In this document: positions 1 to 9,042 of the stretch, piece after piece
Layout of the letters: each line of letters opens with the position of its first letter
How positions within the stretch are numbered: position 1 is the stretch's first letter
Source of the DNA: Gallionella sp.
GTDB lineage: Bacteria > Pseudomonadota > Gammaproteobacteria > Burkholderiales > Gallionellaceae
Direction: 5' to 3'
Assembly: GCA_049298895.1 (NCBI GenBank)
Contig: JBAQWL010000316.1
Location: 1 to 52,213, forward strand
Length of the DNA: 52,213 nucleotides
The notes under the pieces: generated by a model
The model's database searches: none
What the model saw: the letters and a program-made list of their open reading frames with translations, nothing else
What the model was told of the DNA's origin: nothing
Position numbers and translations under genes: made by a program

Positions 1-1
1 A

Positions 2-862
2 CGATTCAATAAGATCATCATTTTCGGTGTTGGCCTGATCGGTGGGTCGTTCGCGCTGGCGCTGCGCAAAGCAAAGGCGGTGCAAGAGGTGGTCGGTTTT
101 GGACGTAGTACGGCGACACTCGAACAAGCAAGAAAACTCGGCATCATCGATCGTACCGGAAAAGACATGGCTGCCGAAATCAGCACCGCCGACCTGGTGT
201 TGTTGGCTACGCCAGTCGGTCAAATGGCTGAGCTGATGGCGGCCATTGCGCCACATCTGGGTAAACACACACTGATCACTGACGGCGGCAGCACCAAGAG
301 CAATGTGGTGCGTGATGCTTATGCGCAACTGGGCAGCAAGGTGGCGCAGTTTGTGCCCGCCCATCCGATTGCCGGAGCCGAGCAGAGCGGTCCCGCTGCG
401 GCACGAGCAGATTTGTATGTTGATAAAAAAGTGGTGCTGACACCGCTGCCGGAAAATACGGCTGCAGCCGTGACGCGGGTGCAGGCCGCATGGCAAGCTT
501 GCGGTGCGCATATCCATAAACTTACCCATTCCGAACATGACGCGGTGTTTGCGGCGGTGAGCCATTTGCCGCACCTGTTATCGTTCGCGTTGGTAAATGA
601 TTTGGCGCAACGCGACAATCGCGATGTACTGCTTACCTTTGCTGCCAGTGGCTTCCGCGATTTCACTCGCATCGCGGCCAGTTCGCCGGAAATGTGGCGC
701 GACATTTGTTTGTCTAATCGCGATGCGTTGCTGAAGGAATTGCAGACCTACATTGCGGAGTTGACCAGAATGAGCGCAGCAATTGCGGTGGAGGATACAG
801 AATATCTCGAACAGACTTTTCGCTCCGCGCAGCAATTGCGCGCTGGCTGGTCAGAAAAATAA
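2..862 (+). CDS. tyrA: Prephenate/arogenate dehydrogenase (5'-truncated by the window edge)
   Basis: Frame is open from base 2: KIIIFGVGLIGGS Rossmann motif, then TDGGSTK, HPIAGAE, HDAVFAAVSHLPH and GFRDFTRIA motifs. Confidence 0.93.
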   Translation, partial: RFNKIIIFGVGLIGGSFALALRKAKAVQEVVGFGRSTATLEQARKLGIIDRTGKDMAAEISTADLVLLATPVGQMAELMAAIAPHLGKHTLITDGGSTKSNVVRDAYAQLGSKVAQFVPAHPIAGAEQSGPAAARADLYVDKKVVLTPLPENTAAAVTRVQAAWQACGAHIHKLTHSEHDAVFAAVSHLPHLLSFALVNDLAQRDNRDVLLTFAASGFRDFTRIAASSPEMWRDICLSNRDALLKELQTYIAELTRMSAAIAVEDTEYLEQTFRSAQQLRAGWSEK

Positions 863-906
863 TGAGTAGCAATGAAAATATTGCCAGTCGATAAATAATC
901 ATCGCG

Positions 907-2550
907 ATGAAAAATATTTCAAGCAAGCAACTTTGGTGGTTGATTATTGCTTTTGCGGTGATCTGGTTCGCCAATCTTGAGTACCGAAAATTGATCAAGC
1001 CCGACGAGGGTCGTTATGCCGAAATCCCGCGTGAGATGACCGCAAGCGGTGACTGGACGACTCCGCGTTTGAACGGTCTAAAGTATTTTGAAAAACCGCC
1101 ACTGCAATATTGGGCGACCGCCACTGCCTACACAGTGTTTGGCGAGCACCAATGGACATCGCGTTTGTGGGCCGGACTGACCGGATTTTTCGGGATTCTG
1201 CTGGTGTGGTTCGCCGGGCTGCGTTTGTATGGGCGTGAGGCAGCAGACTATGCCGCAATCTTGTTGGGCAGCAGCATGCTGTATGTGTTGATGGGACACC
1301 TCAACACGCTGGACATGGGCGTCACGTTTTTTCTTACGCTGGGCATCGTCGGATTGCTGCTCGGGCAAACCCAGGCAGACCGCAAAAAACAGCGCAACTG
1401 GATGTTGCTGGCTTGGGCTGGCCTTGCTTTGGCTGTGTTGAGTAAAGGTTTGATGGGTTTGGTATTGCCAGGGGCCGCCCTGTTTATTTATATGGTGGTG
1501 CAGCGCGACTTAAGTGTGCTCAAGCGCATGCACTGGTTGCCCGGCCTGGCGGTGTTTTTTCTGATTACCGCGCCGTGGTTTTATTTGGTGATGAAAGCCA
1601 ATCCCGAATTTTTCCAGAAATTCTTTATTTACGAGCACTACCTGCGCTTTACCACCAAAGTGCATGATCGTTATCAACCTTGGCATTACTTCATCCCGAT
1701 TTTGCTAGTGGGCATGTTGCCGTGGACTGGATTGATGTTCGATACGCTGTTGCGTGCATGGAAGAGTGGCGTGAGTGCAGCAGGGGGCTTTAACGCAGAC
1801 CGTTTTTTGCTGATATGGGCGGGTTTCATTTACCTGTTTTTTTCTATCTCCAGTTCTAAATTGCCGTCGTATCTGCTGCCGATGTTTCCAGTGCTGGCGC
1901 TGCTGATGGGCAAGCAACTGGCAACCATGAGCGTGCGCAGATTGTTTTGGCTGATTGCCCCATTTCTGCCGCTAGTATTATTGGCGCTGGCGTTGGCGCC
2001 CTTTACCGCCCGGTTGGCTGATACGCCGCTGCAAGTACAGGGCTACGGTGAATATGCCAACTGGCTGGTGGTCGCTGCGCTAATCTGGTCGTTGGGCGTG
2101 ATAGGCGCGCTGGTTTTGCTGCGCCGCGATAACAGGATGGCAGCAGTGTTGCTATTGGCGTTCAGCACGGTGCTTGCCGCGCAGCTAGGCACGTCCGGCT
2201 ATAACACCATAGCCAGGGAGCGCTCGGCCTATTACATTGCCGAAGAGATACGCCCCTATGTCAAAGCGGACGAGCCGTTTTATTCGATAGCCATGTACGA
2301 GCAGACGCTGCCGTTTTATTTGAAGCGCACCTTTACTTTGGTGCAGTATCAGGACGAGATGGCATTCGGTATCATGCAGGAACCACATCTCTGGATACCG
2401 GACGTTGCCAGCTTCTCTACGGTCTGGCAGACACAACCGGCGGGACTAGCGATCATGCCGGTGGACATTTATCCGCAACTCAAGCAACTGGATTTGGCGA
2501 TGAAAATTATTTATGAAGACCCACAATACATCGTGGTGAAGAAGCCATGA
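907..2550 (+). CDS. arnT: Undecaprenyl phosphate-L-Ara4N:lipid A transferase (GT83/PMT family)
   Basis: PDEGRYAEIPREM...DW..P.LNG..YFEKPPL signature, many TM helices, SKLPSYLLP motif; first gene of the arn cluster. Confidence 0.92.
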   Translation: MKNISSKQLWWLIIAFAVIWFANLEYRKLIKPDEGRYAEIPREMTASGDWTTPRLNGLKYFEKPPLQYWATATAYTVFGEHQWTSRLWAGLTGFFGILLVWFAGLRLYGREAADYAAILLGSSMLYVLMGHLNTLDMGVTFFLTLGIVGLLLGQTQADRKKQRNWMLLAWAGLALAVLSKGLMGLVLPGAALFIYMVVQRDLSVLKRMHWLPGLAVFFLITAPWFYLVMKANPEFFQKFFIYEHYLRFTTKVHDRYQPWHYFIPILLVGMLPWTGLMFDTLLRAWKSGVSAAGGFNADRFLLIWAGFIYLFFSISSSKLPSYLLPMFPVLALLMGKQLATMSVRRLFWLIAPFLPLVLLALALAPFTARLADTPLQVQGYGEYANWLVVAALIWSLGVIGALVLLRRDNRMAAVLLLAFSTVLAAQLGTSGYNTIARERSAYYIAEEIRPYVKADEPFYSIAMYEQTLPFYLKRTFTLVQYQDEMAFGIMQEPHLWIPDVASFSTVWQTQPAGLAIMPVDIYPQLKQLDLAMKIIYEDPQYIVVKKP

Positions 2551-2569
2551 TAATTCTTGGAGGCTTCAA

Positions 2570-2941
2570 ATGAACCTGGTCAGTTTCGGTCTGATCTTCA
2601 CCGGCGTGATGCTGAACGCTGCCGCCCAGATATTGATGAAGGCGGGCACCAATGCGGTCGGCCATTTCGATTTCACCACCGGGAACATCCTGCCGGTAGG
2701 CATCAAGCTGGCGACCGAGTGGCACATCATCACGGCTTTGTTCTGTTATGCGCTCAGCGTGATCGTCTGGATACTCGCGCTGTCTCGTGTGCCGGTCAGC
2801 ATCGCTTTCCCGATGTTGTCGATGGCTTATATCGTGAATGCCGTGGCAGCCTGGTATCTGCTGGGTGAGGACTTCAGTCTGACCAAAGCGGTCGGTATAG
2901 GAGTTATTATTCTCGGGGTAATAATAATATCCAGAGCCTAG
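2570..2941 (+). CDS. SMR/EamA-type L-Ara4N-phosphoundecaprenol flippase (ArnE/ArnF/ArnG-like)
   Basis: 123 aa, four TM helices, AQILMK and LSRVPVSIAFPMLS motifs; SD GGAGG at 2559-2563; lies between arnT and arnB. Confidence 0.85.
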   Translation: MNLVSFGLIFTGVMLNAAAQILMKAGTNAVGHFDFTTGNILPVGIKLATEWHIITALFCYALSVIVWILALSRVPVSIAFPMLSMAYIVNAVAAWYLLGEDFSLTKAVGIGVIILGVIIISRA

Positions 2942-2942
2942 C

Positions 2943-4091
2943 GTGAAAGAATTTCTGCCCTTCTCCCGACCGACCATAGACGAAGCCACCATCGCCTCGG
3001 TCGCAGATACGCTGCGTTCCGGCTGGATCACCAGCGGCCCCAAGGTGCAGGAATTCGAAAAAAAACTTTCCGAATATTTCGGCGGACGTCCGGTGCGCAC
3101 CTTCAATTCAGGCACCTGCACGATGGAGATCGCGCTGCGCATCGCGGGCATCGGCGCGGGCGATGAAGTCATCACCACGCCGATCTCCTGGGTTGCCACC
3201 GCGAACGTGATCCTCGAAGTCGGCGCGACGCCGGTGTTCGCCGACATCGATCCGGTCACGCGCAACATCGATCTGGACAAGGTCGAAGCGGTGATCACCA
3301 AGCGCACCAAGGCGATCATTCCAGTCTATCTGGCCGGCAAGCCGGTGGACATGGACAGGCTGTATGCGATAGCCAACAAGCACAAACTGCGCGTGATCGA
3401 AGATGCTGCGCAAGCAATCGGCTCGACATGGAAGGGCAAACCCATTGGTTCATTTGGCGGTTCGTCTGGCGATTTCGTCTCGTTCAGTTTTCAGGCCAAC
3501 AAGAACATCACCACTTCCGAAGGCGGCTGTCTGGTGCTGAACAATGAGACTGAAGCCACGCTTGCGGAAAAATACCGGCTGCAGGGCGTGACGCGCAGCG
3601 GCTGGGACGGCATCGAGGTGGACGTGCTGGGCGGCAAGTACAACATGACCGACATCGCCGCCGCGATCGGCTTGGGACAGTTTGCAAAATTGCATGACAT
3701 CACCGCGCAGCGGCGCAAACTGGCGAAGCATTATTTTTCGACGCTGGGCAAGGATTTCGAGCAGCAGACCGGTGCGCAACTGCCGCCGGAAGATTTTACA
3801 AGTACCAACTGGCACCTGTTCCAGATCGTGCTGCCGGATCGCATCACCCGTCCCGAGTTCATGGAAAAAATGAAAGCGCACAACATCGGCATCGGCTTTC
3901 ACTACGCGCCGATACACCTGTTCAAACTGTACCGCGCATTAGGATTCAAGGAAGGCATGTTCCCGGTCTCCGAGCGCGTCGGCAAGCAGATCGTTTCGTT
4001 GCCGATGTTCTATGCGATGAATGAGGCGGATGTCGAGCGCACGTGTGCGGCGATGCGCGAGGTGTTGGCAGTGCCGTTTAATTTGAGTTAG
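2943..4091 (+). CDS. arnB: UDP-4-amino-4-deoxy-L-arabinose aminotransferase (DegT/DnrJ family)
   Basis: FLPFSRP..., LRSGWITSGPKV, IEDAAQA, SFQANKNITTSEGG (PLP lysine), KYNMTD motifs. Confidence 0.9.
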   Translation: MKEFLPFSRPTIDEATIASVADTLRSGWITSGPKVQEFEKKLSEYFGGRPVRTFNSGTCTMEIALRIAGIGAGDEVITTPISWVATANVILEVGATPVFADIDPVTRNIDLDKVEAVITKRTKAIIPVYLAGKPVDMDRLYAIANKHKLRVIEDAAQAIGSTWKGKPIGSFGGSSGDFVSFSFQANKNITTSEGGCLVLNNETEATLAEKYRLQGVTRSGWDGIEVDVLGGKYNMTDIAAAIGLGQFAKLHDITAQRRKLAKHYFSTLGKDFEQQTGAQLPPEDFTSTNWHLFQIVLPDRITRPEFMEKMKAHNIGIGFHYAPIHLFKLYRALGFKEGMFPVSERVGKQIVSLPMFYAMNEADVERTCAAMREVLAVPFNLS

Positions 4092-4099
4092 GTGTGCCA

Positions 4100-4585
4100 A
4101 TGCCAACCGGTACAAAAGAAGTCCTCCTCATCGTTATCGGTTTTGTTCTGGGATTTGTCCCGTCATGGCTAGATCGGAAGCGTCGACTGAAGGCCCACCT
4201 GCAAGCTATCCGTGCAGAAATGCAGCTTGCACGAGCGCGTGGGAATATGTTGCTCAACGACAACATCATGGCGCCGCTCTACCGCCTTCCGGTCAGCGCA
4301 TATGAAACGTCGTTTCCGGTTCTTCTTGCGGAAGGTGTGCTGTCTGAGGAGGGTGCTCTTTCTCTTGGGGACTATTTTTGCCAAGTTCAGGACATAAACC
4401 GTGGCCTCGACAATGCTACTGCAATGGCACATGCGAACGATGATGCTGGCGTCCGCCGAGAATATGACCGTCTGTTGGTCAAGGCCCGGCACCTCATGGA
4501 AAATGGCCCCCAAGGGCAGGCGCTGTATGCCGCTGGTTTGGCCGTAGTTGAACAACAAATCTCCCGGTCTTGGTGGCGATACTAG
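4100..4585 (+). CDS. Hypothetical protein with one N-terminal TM helix, inserted in the arn operon
   Basis: 161-codon ORF (ATG 4100 or GTG 4094); hydrophobic VLLIVIGFVLGFVP followed by basic RKRRLK; no recognised family. Confidence 0.65.
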   Translation: MPTGTKEVLLIVIGFVLGFVPSWLDRKRRLKAHLQAIRAEMQLARARGNMLLNDNIMAPLYRLPVSAYETSFPVLLAEGVLSEEGALSLGDYFCQVQDINRGLDNATAMAHANDDAGVRREYDRLLVKARHLMENGPQGQALYAAGLAVVEQQISRSWWRY

Positions 4586-4589
4586 CCCG

Positions 4590-4913
4590 GTAGGATGGGT
4601 TGAGCGCAGCGATACACATCAATTAAAAACAAAACCGCCGGGGGTTGCCCGGCAGCAAGTTACCTTCTTTTGTGTCGCCAAAAGAAGGTAACCGAAGAAA
4701 AGGCGACCCCGGTTTGCCGCCGCTTCGCGGTGCCCTGCGTTGCTCGGCCGGTCAGGCGGCTGCGGAACTCGCGCTACGCGCTCGGACAGTCCTCGCCGAC
4801 TTCCCCTGGCCGGTCTCCGCTACTCGGCGGCGCACAGGGGAACATGAAATGCGGTTTTGTGTGCGCTACGCGCACGTTTTTTTGGGGTATCGCTGCGCTC
4901 TAACCCAACCTAC
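4590..4913. repeat. Inverted pair of GTAG-type REP sequences enclosing a ~260-bp structured element
   Basis: GTAGGATGGGTTGAGCGCAGCGATACACATC (4590-4620); 4882-4913 reads GTAGGTTGGGTTAGAGCGCAGCGATACCCCAA on the minus strand; perfect 14-bp hairpin at 4659-4692 inside. Confidence 0.8.
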
Positions 4914-4965
4914 CAAAGATTCCCGATTTCGTTATCTGCGCCCCATGCGGTAAAATGCCGCCCCT

Positions 4966-6012
4966 ATGACTAATCCCCAACTTTCCGTTGTCATCCCCAT
5001 CTACAACGAAGAGCAGGGCTTGCAGTCCCTGTTCGACCGGTTATACCCGGCGCTGGACAAGCTCGGCATCTCATACGAGATATTGTTCGTCAACGACGGC
5101 AGCCGCGACCGTTCCGCGTCTATCCTGCGCGAGCAGTTCCAGAAGCGTCCCGACGTGACGCGGGTGATTTTGTTCAACGGCAATTTCGGCCAGCACATGG
5201 CGATCATGGCGGCGTTCGAACATTCGCGCGGCCAGCGCATCGTCACGCTCGATGCCGATTTGCAGAATCCGCCGGAAGACACCGGCCTGTTGCTGGCGAA
5301 GATGGACGAGGGTCACGATTATGTCGGTTCGATCCGCCGCCAGCGCAGCGACAGCTGGTGGCGGCACGTCGCGTCGCGCGCGATGAACGGACTGCGCGAG
5401 CGCATCACGCGCATCAAGATGACCGACCAGGGCTGCATGTTCCGCGCCTATGACCGGGGCATCATCGACGCGGTCAACAGTTGCAAGGAGGTGAGCACCT
5501 TCATCCCGGCGCTGGCCTATAGCTTTGCGCGTAATCCCGCCGAGGTGGTGGTGGGGCATGAAGAGCGCACTGCAGGCGAATCGAAGTATTCGTTGTACAG
5601 CCTGATCCGTCTGAATTTCGACCTGATGACCAGCTTTTCGCTGGTGCCGTTGCAGATATTTTCCATGTTGGGGATGTTGATCTCGGTTTTTTCGGGATTT
5701 TTCTTCGTGTTTCTGGTTGTGCGTCGTTTGATCATCGGCCCGGAAGCAGAGGGATTGTTCACCCTGTTTGCCTTGATGTTCTTCCTGATCGGCATCGCGC
5801 TGTTCGGCATCGGTCTGCTGGGCGAATATATCGGGCGCATCTATCAGCAGGTGCGGCACAGGCCGCGATATCTGGTCGAGGCGGTGCTTGAGATGCAGGA
5901 TAGCGTGACAATCAAAAGCAACCCCCCTCAGTCCCCCCTTATCAGGGGGGAAGTTGGCTCCTCCCCTGATAAGGGGAGGTTGGGAGGGGTTTCGGGTTCA
6001 ACATCGGCATGA
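4966..6012 (+). CDS. arnC: Undecaprenyl-phosphate Ara4FN transferase (GT2) with a repeat-derived C-terminal extension
   Basis: SVVIPIYNE, VNDGSRD, NFGQH, TLDADLQNPP motifs; two C-terminal TM helices; GEYIGRIY..VR.RPRY; ATGA overlap with the next gene. Confidence 0.92.
   Translation: MTNPQLSVVIPIYNEEQGLQSLFDRLYPALDKLGISYEILFVNDGSRDRSASILREQFQKRPDVTRVILFNGNFGQHMAIMAAFEHSRGQRIVTLDADLQNPPEDTGLLLAKMDEGHDYVGSIRRQRSDSWWRHVASRAMNGLRERITRIKMTDQGCMFRAYDRGIIDAVNSCKEVSTFIPALAYSFARNPAEVVVGHEERTAGESKYSLYSLIRLNFDLMTSFSLVPLQIFSMLGMLISVFSGFFFVFLVVRRLIIGPEAEGLFTLFALMFFLIGIALFGIGLLGEYIGRIYQQVRHRPRYLVEAVLEMQDSVTIKSNPPQSPLIRGEVGSSPDKGRLGGVSGSTSA
5920..5991. repeat. 72-bp imperfect palindromic REP-like element inside the arnC 3' end
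   Basis: Left arm AACCCCCCTCAGTCCCCCCTTATCAGGGGGGA versus reverse complement of right arm AACCCCTCCCAACCTCCCCTTATCAGGGGAGGA; related copy at 17786-17860. Confidence 0.8.
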
Positions 6013-6929
6013 GTCGTGCAGTAGTTTTTGCTTACCATAACGTTGGGGTGCGCTGCCTGTCTGTATTGTTGGCGCATGGCGTGGATGTCGCGCTGGTAGT
6101 GACGCATCGCGACAATCCGAAAGAAACCATCTGGTTCGACAGTGTGGCCGAGTTGGCTGCGCTGCACGGCATCCCGACCATCACGCCGGACAATCCCAAT
6201 ATCCCGTCAGTCACCGCGCGAATCCGCGCCTTGCAGCCGGATTTCTTTTTTTCGTTTTACTACCGCGAGATGCTTAAGCACGAATTGCTGGAAATTCCCA
6301 AGCAGGGCGCGCTGAATATGCACGGCTCGCTGCTGCCCAAGTACCGGGGCCGGGTGCCGGTGAATTGGGCGATAATCCACGGAGAGACGGAAACAGGCAG
6401 CACGCTGCATTACATGACCAAGAAGCCGGACAACGGCGACATCGTGGCACAGCAGGCCGTGCCGATATTGCCCAACGATACCGTGCTGCAGGTTTTTCAG
6501 AAAGTGACGGTGGCAGCGGAGATGGCGTTGAATGATTGCCTGCCGGATTTGCTGGCGGGCAAGGCGAAGGCACGGAAGCAGGATTTGACGCAGGGTGCGT
6601 ATTTTGGTGGGCGTAAAGCGGAGGATGGCATTATTGACTGGTCAAAGTCGGCGCAGGAAATACATAACCTGGTGCGCGCTGTCGCTCCGCCATACCCGGG
6701 CGCGACGACACAGTTGATGGGCAAACCGATGCGCATTCTGCAAACACTGCTGACCAATAACAACGCATCTGGTAAGCAGCCTGCATTCTATGTGCAGGAA
6801 GACAAAACCTATGCGATTTGCGGGCAGGGTGTGCTGCGCATTGTGCGCTTTGAACTGGATGGAATTGAATTGAGCGCGGCGGAATTTGCAGCACGGTATG
6901 GCACACAACGATTTGAATTTAACTGTTAG
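6009..6929 (+). CDS. arnA: UDP-L-Ara4N formyltransferase (stand-alone ArnA N-terminal module, ArnA1)
   Basis: AVVFAYHNVG, FSFYYR, NMHGSLLPKYRGRVPVNWA and IHNLVRAVAPPYPGA motifs. Confidence 0.9.
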   Translation: MSRAVVFAYHNVGVRCLSVLLAHGVDVALVVTHRDNPKETIWFDSVAELAALHGIPTITPDNPNIPSVTARIRALQPDFFFSFYYREMLKHELLEIPKQGALNMHGSLLPKYRGRVPVNWAIIHGETETGSTLHYMTKKPDNGDIVAQQAVPILPNDTVLQVFQKVTVAAEMALNDCLPDLLAGKAKARKQDLTQGAYFGGRKAEDGIIDWSKSAQEIHNLVRAVAPPYPGATTQLMGKPMRILQTLLTNNNASGKQPAFYVQEDKTYAICGQGVLRIVRFELDGIELSAAEFAARYGTQRFEFNC

Positions 6930-6938
6930 GACATTGTA

Positions 6939-7979
6939 ATGAAAAAAGTATTAATCCTCGGCGTGAATGGCTTTATCGGGCACCATCTTTCCAACCGCAT
7001 ACTCGCCACGACCGATTGGGAGGTGTACGGCATGGACATGAGCACCGACCGAATCAGTGATTTGATTGGGCGGGAACGTTTTCATTTCTTCGAGGGAGAC
7101 ATCACGATCAACAAGGAGTGGGTTGAGTATCACGTGCGCAAGTGCGACGTGATCCTGCCGCTGGTGGCGATCGCCACGCCATCTACCTACGTCAAGCAGC
7201 CGTTGCGCGTGTTCGAGCTGGATTTCGAGGCCAATCTGCCTATCGTGCGTTCGGCGGTCAAGTACGGCAAGCATCTGGTGTTTCCGTCAACTTCCGAGGT
7301 GTATGGCATGTGCCACGATGAGGAATTCGATCCGGAGGAATCGGAATTAGTCTGCGGTCCGATCAACAAGCCGCGCTGGATCTATTCCTGCTCCAAGCAA
7401 CTGATGGATCGCGTGATCTGGGGCTACGGCATGGAAGGATTGAACTTCACGCTGTTCCGACCGTTCAACTGGATCGGTGCCGGACTGGATTCCATCCATA
7501 CGCCGAAGGAAGGCAGCTCCCGTGTGGTTACACAATTCCTCGGCCACATCGTGCGCGGTGAGAACATCAGCCTGGTGGATGGTGGGCACCAGAAACGCGC
7601 CTTTACTTACATCGACGACGGTATCGACGCGCTGGTGAAGATCATTGCCAACAAGGATAGTATCGCTACCGGCAAGATCTACAACATCGGCAATCCTACT
7701 AATAATTTTGCGATTCGTGATCTCGCCGACATGATGTTGAAACTGGCCAAGGAATACCCCGAATATCGCGAGTCTGCACAAAAAGTCAGGATCATTGAAA
7801 CCACCTCGGCGGCCTATTACGGCAAGGGGTATCAGGACGTGCAGAACCGTGTGCCCAAGATCACCAACACCTGCGCAGAGTTAAACTGGAAGCCGACCAT
7901 CAACATGGCTGATACGTTGCGCAATATTTTTGATGCGTATCGCGGTCAGGTGGCGGAAGCGCGCGGCTTGGTCGATTAA
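6939..7979 (+). CDS. arnA: UDP-glucuronate oxidase/decarboxylase (stand-alone ArnA C-terminal module, ArnA2)
   Basis: LILGVNGFIG, FPSTSEVYG, RWIYSCSKQL (YxxxK), RPFNWIG and GYQDVQNRVP motifs. Confidence 0.92.
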   Translation: MKKVLILGVNGFIGHHLSNRILATTDWEVYGMDMSTDRISDLIGRERFHFFEGDITINKEWVEYHVRKCDVILPLVAIATPSTYVKQPLRVFELDFEANLPIVRSAVKYGKHLVFPSTSEVYGMCHDEEFDPEESELVCGPINKPRWIYSCSKQLMDRVIWGYGMEGLNFTLFRPFNWIGAGLDSIHTPKEGSSRVVTQFLGHIVRGENISLVDGGHQKRAFTYIDDGIDALVKIIANKDSIATGKIYNIGNPTNNFAIRDLADMMLKLAKEYPEYRESAQKVRIIETTSAAYYGKGYQDVQNRVPKITNTCAELNWKPTINMADTLRNIFDAYRGQVAEARGLVD

Positions 7980-8014
7980 ATTGCCTTCTCCCTCTCCCGA
8001 GAGAGAGTAAAAAT

Positions 8015-8938
8015 ATGACTCAACAACTTGCTCTTAAAATCGATGTAGACACCTATCGCGGCACGCGAGAAGGTGTGCCACGACTGGTTGAAGCGCTGCA
8101 ACGCCATCACGCGCAGGCCACCTTCTTCTTCTCGCTGGGACCCGATCACACGGGTCGCGCCATCAAGCGAGTATTCCGCCCCGGCTTCTTGGGTAAAGTG
8201 TCGCGCACCTCGGTAGTGGAACACTACGGCATCAAGACTCTGCTGTATGGCACGCTGCTACCCGCACCGGATATTGGCAAGAAATGTGCTGACATCATGC
8301 GCGGCGTACGCGACACAGGCTTCGAAGTTGGCATCCATTGCTACGACCATATCCGCTGGCAGGATTATGTGGCGAAAAAGAATGCCGAGTGGACGCGGCG
8401 CGAACTGCAACGTGCGGTGGATCGCTATACCGAGATATTCGGCGAAGCTCCGCATGCCCACGCTGCTGCCGGTTGGCAGATGAACCGCCACGCTTTACGG
8501 CTGATGCAGCGTTTAGGATTTGAATACAGCTCAGATACACGCGGCACGCACCCGTTCATCCCCACTTGGAATGCCGAGATTATTGCTTGTCCGCAACTTC
8601 CGACCACCTTGCCGACATTGGACGAGCTGATGAATCGCGACGGCATTACGCTGGACAACATCGCACAGCATATCCTGGAGCTGACCAAAAAGCCGTCCGC
8701 TACCGGGCATGTGTATACCCTGCACGCCGAGCTGGAAGGTGGGAAGTGGCTGCCGATATTTGAGCAATTATTGCAGGGCTGGCAGGCGCAAGGTTACGAA
8801 TTGGTATCAATGCGGCAATATCTGCAAGGACTGGATGTGGCTAAGCTGCCGCGTCATGAGGTGGTGATGCAAGAAGTGGAGGGGCGGGTCGGTATGTTAG
8901 CAGTCGCAGCGTGCAATGCGGTTGTAGGTGCCGTATAA
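8015..8938 (+). CDS. arnD: Ara4FN-phosphoundecaprenol deformylase
   Basis: LKIDVDTYRGTREGVP, GPDHTGR, H.YDH..WQD, PTTLPTLDE and VYTLHAELEG motifs. Confidence 0.9.
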   Translation: MTQQLALKIDVDTYRGTREGVPRLVEALQRHHAQATFFFSLGPDHTGRAIKRVFRPGFLGKVSRTSVVEHYGIKTLLYGTLLPAPDIGKKCADIMRGVRDTGFEVGIHCYDHIRWQDYVAKKNAEWTRRELQRAVDRYTEIFGEAPHAHAAAGWQMNRHALRLMQRLGFEYSSDTRGTHPFIPTWNAEIIACPQLPTTLPTLDELMNRDGITLDNIAQHILELTKKPSATGHVYTLHAELEGGKWLPIFEQLLQGWQAQGYELVSMRQYLQGLDVAKLPRHEVVMQEVEGRVGMLAVAACNAVVGAV

Positions 8939-9042
8939 GCAATGCCTGCTGGTCAAACCGCTTGAATCTCAGCTAATTTGATGAGAGCAGCACGCAGGAT
9001 CCGTCTGGGCATGGATTCCGTAAGACGAAGGATGGTGGATAT

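Noticed and set aside
4645..4953. 102-aa and 77-aa ORFs in the arnB-arnC spacer
   Set aside because: They are translations of the palindromic repeat element, with no protein-like features or good start signals.
7984..8007. CCTTCTCCCTCTCCCGAGAGAGAG hairpin between arnA2 and arnD
   Set aside because: Possibly a remnant of a CCCTCTCCC-type REP, but too short and degenerate to support.
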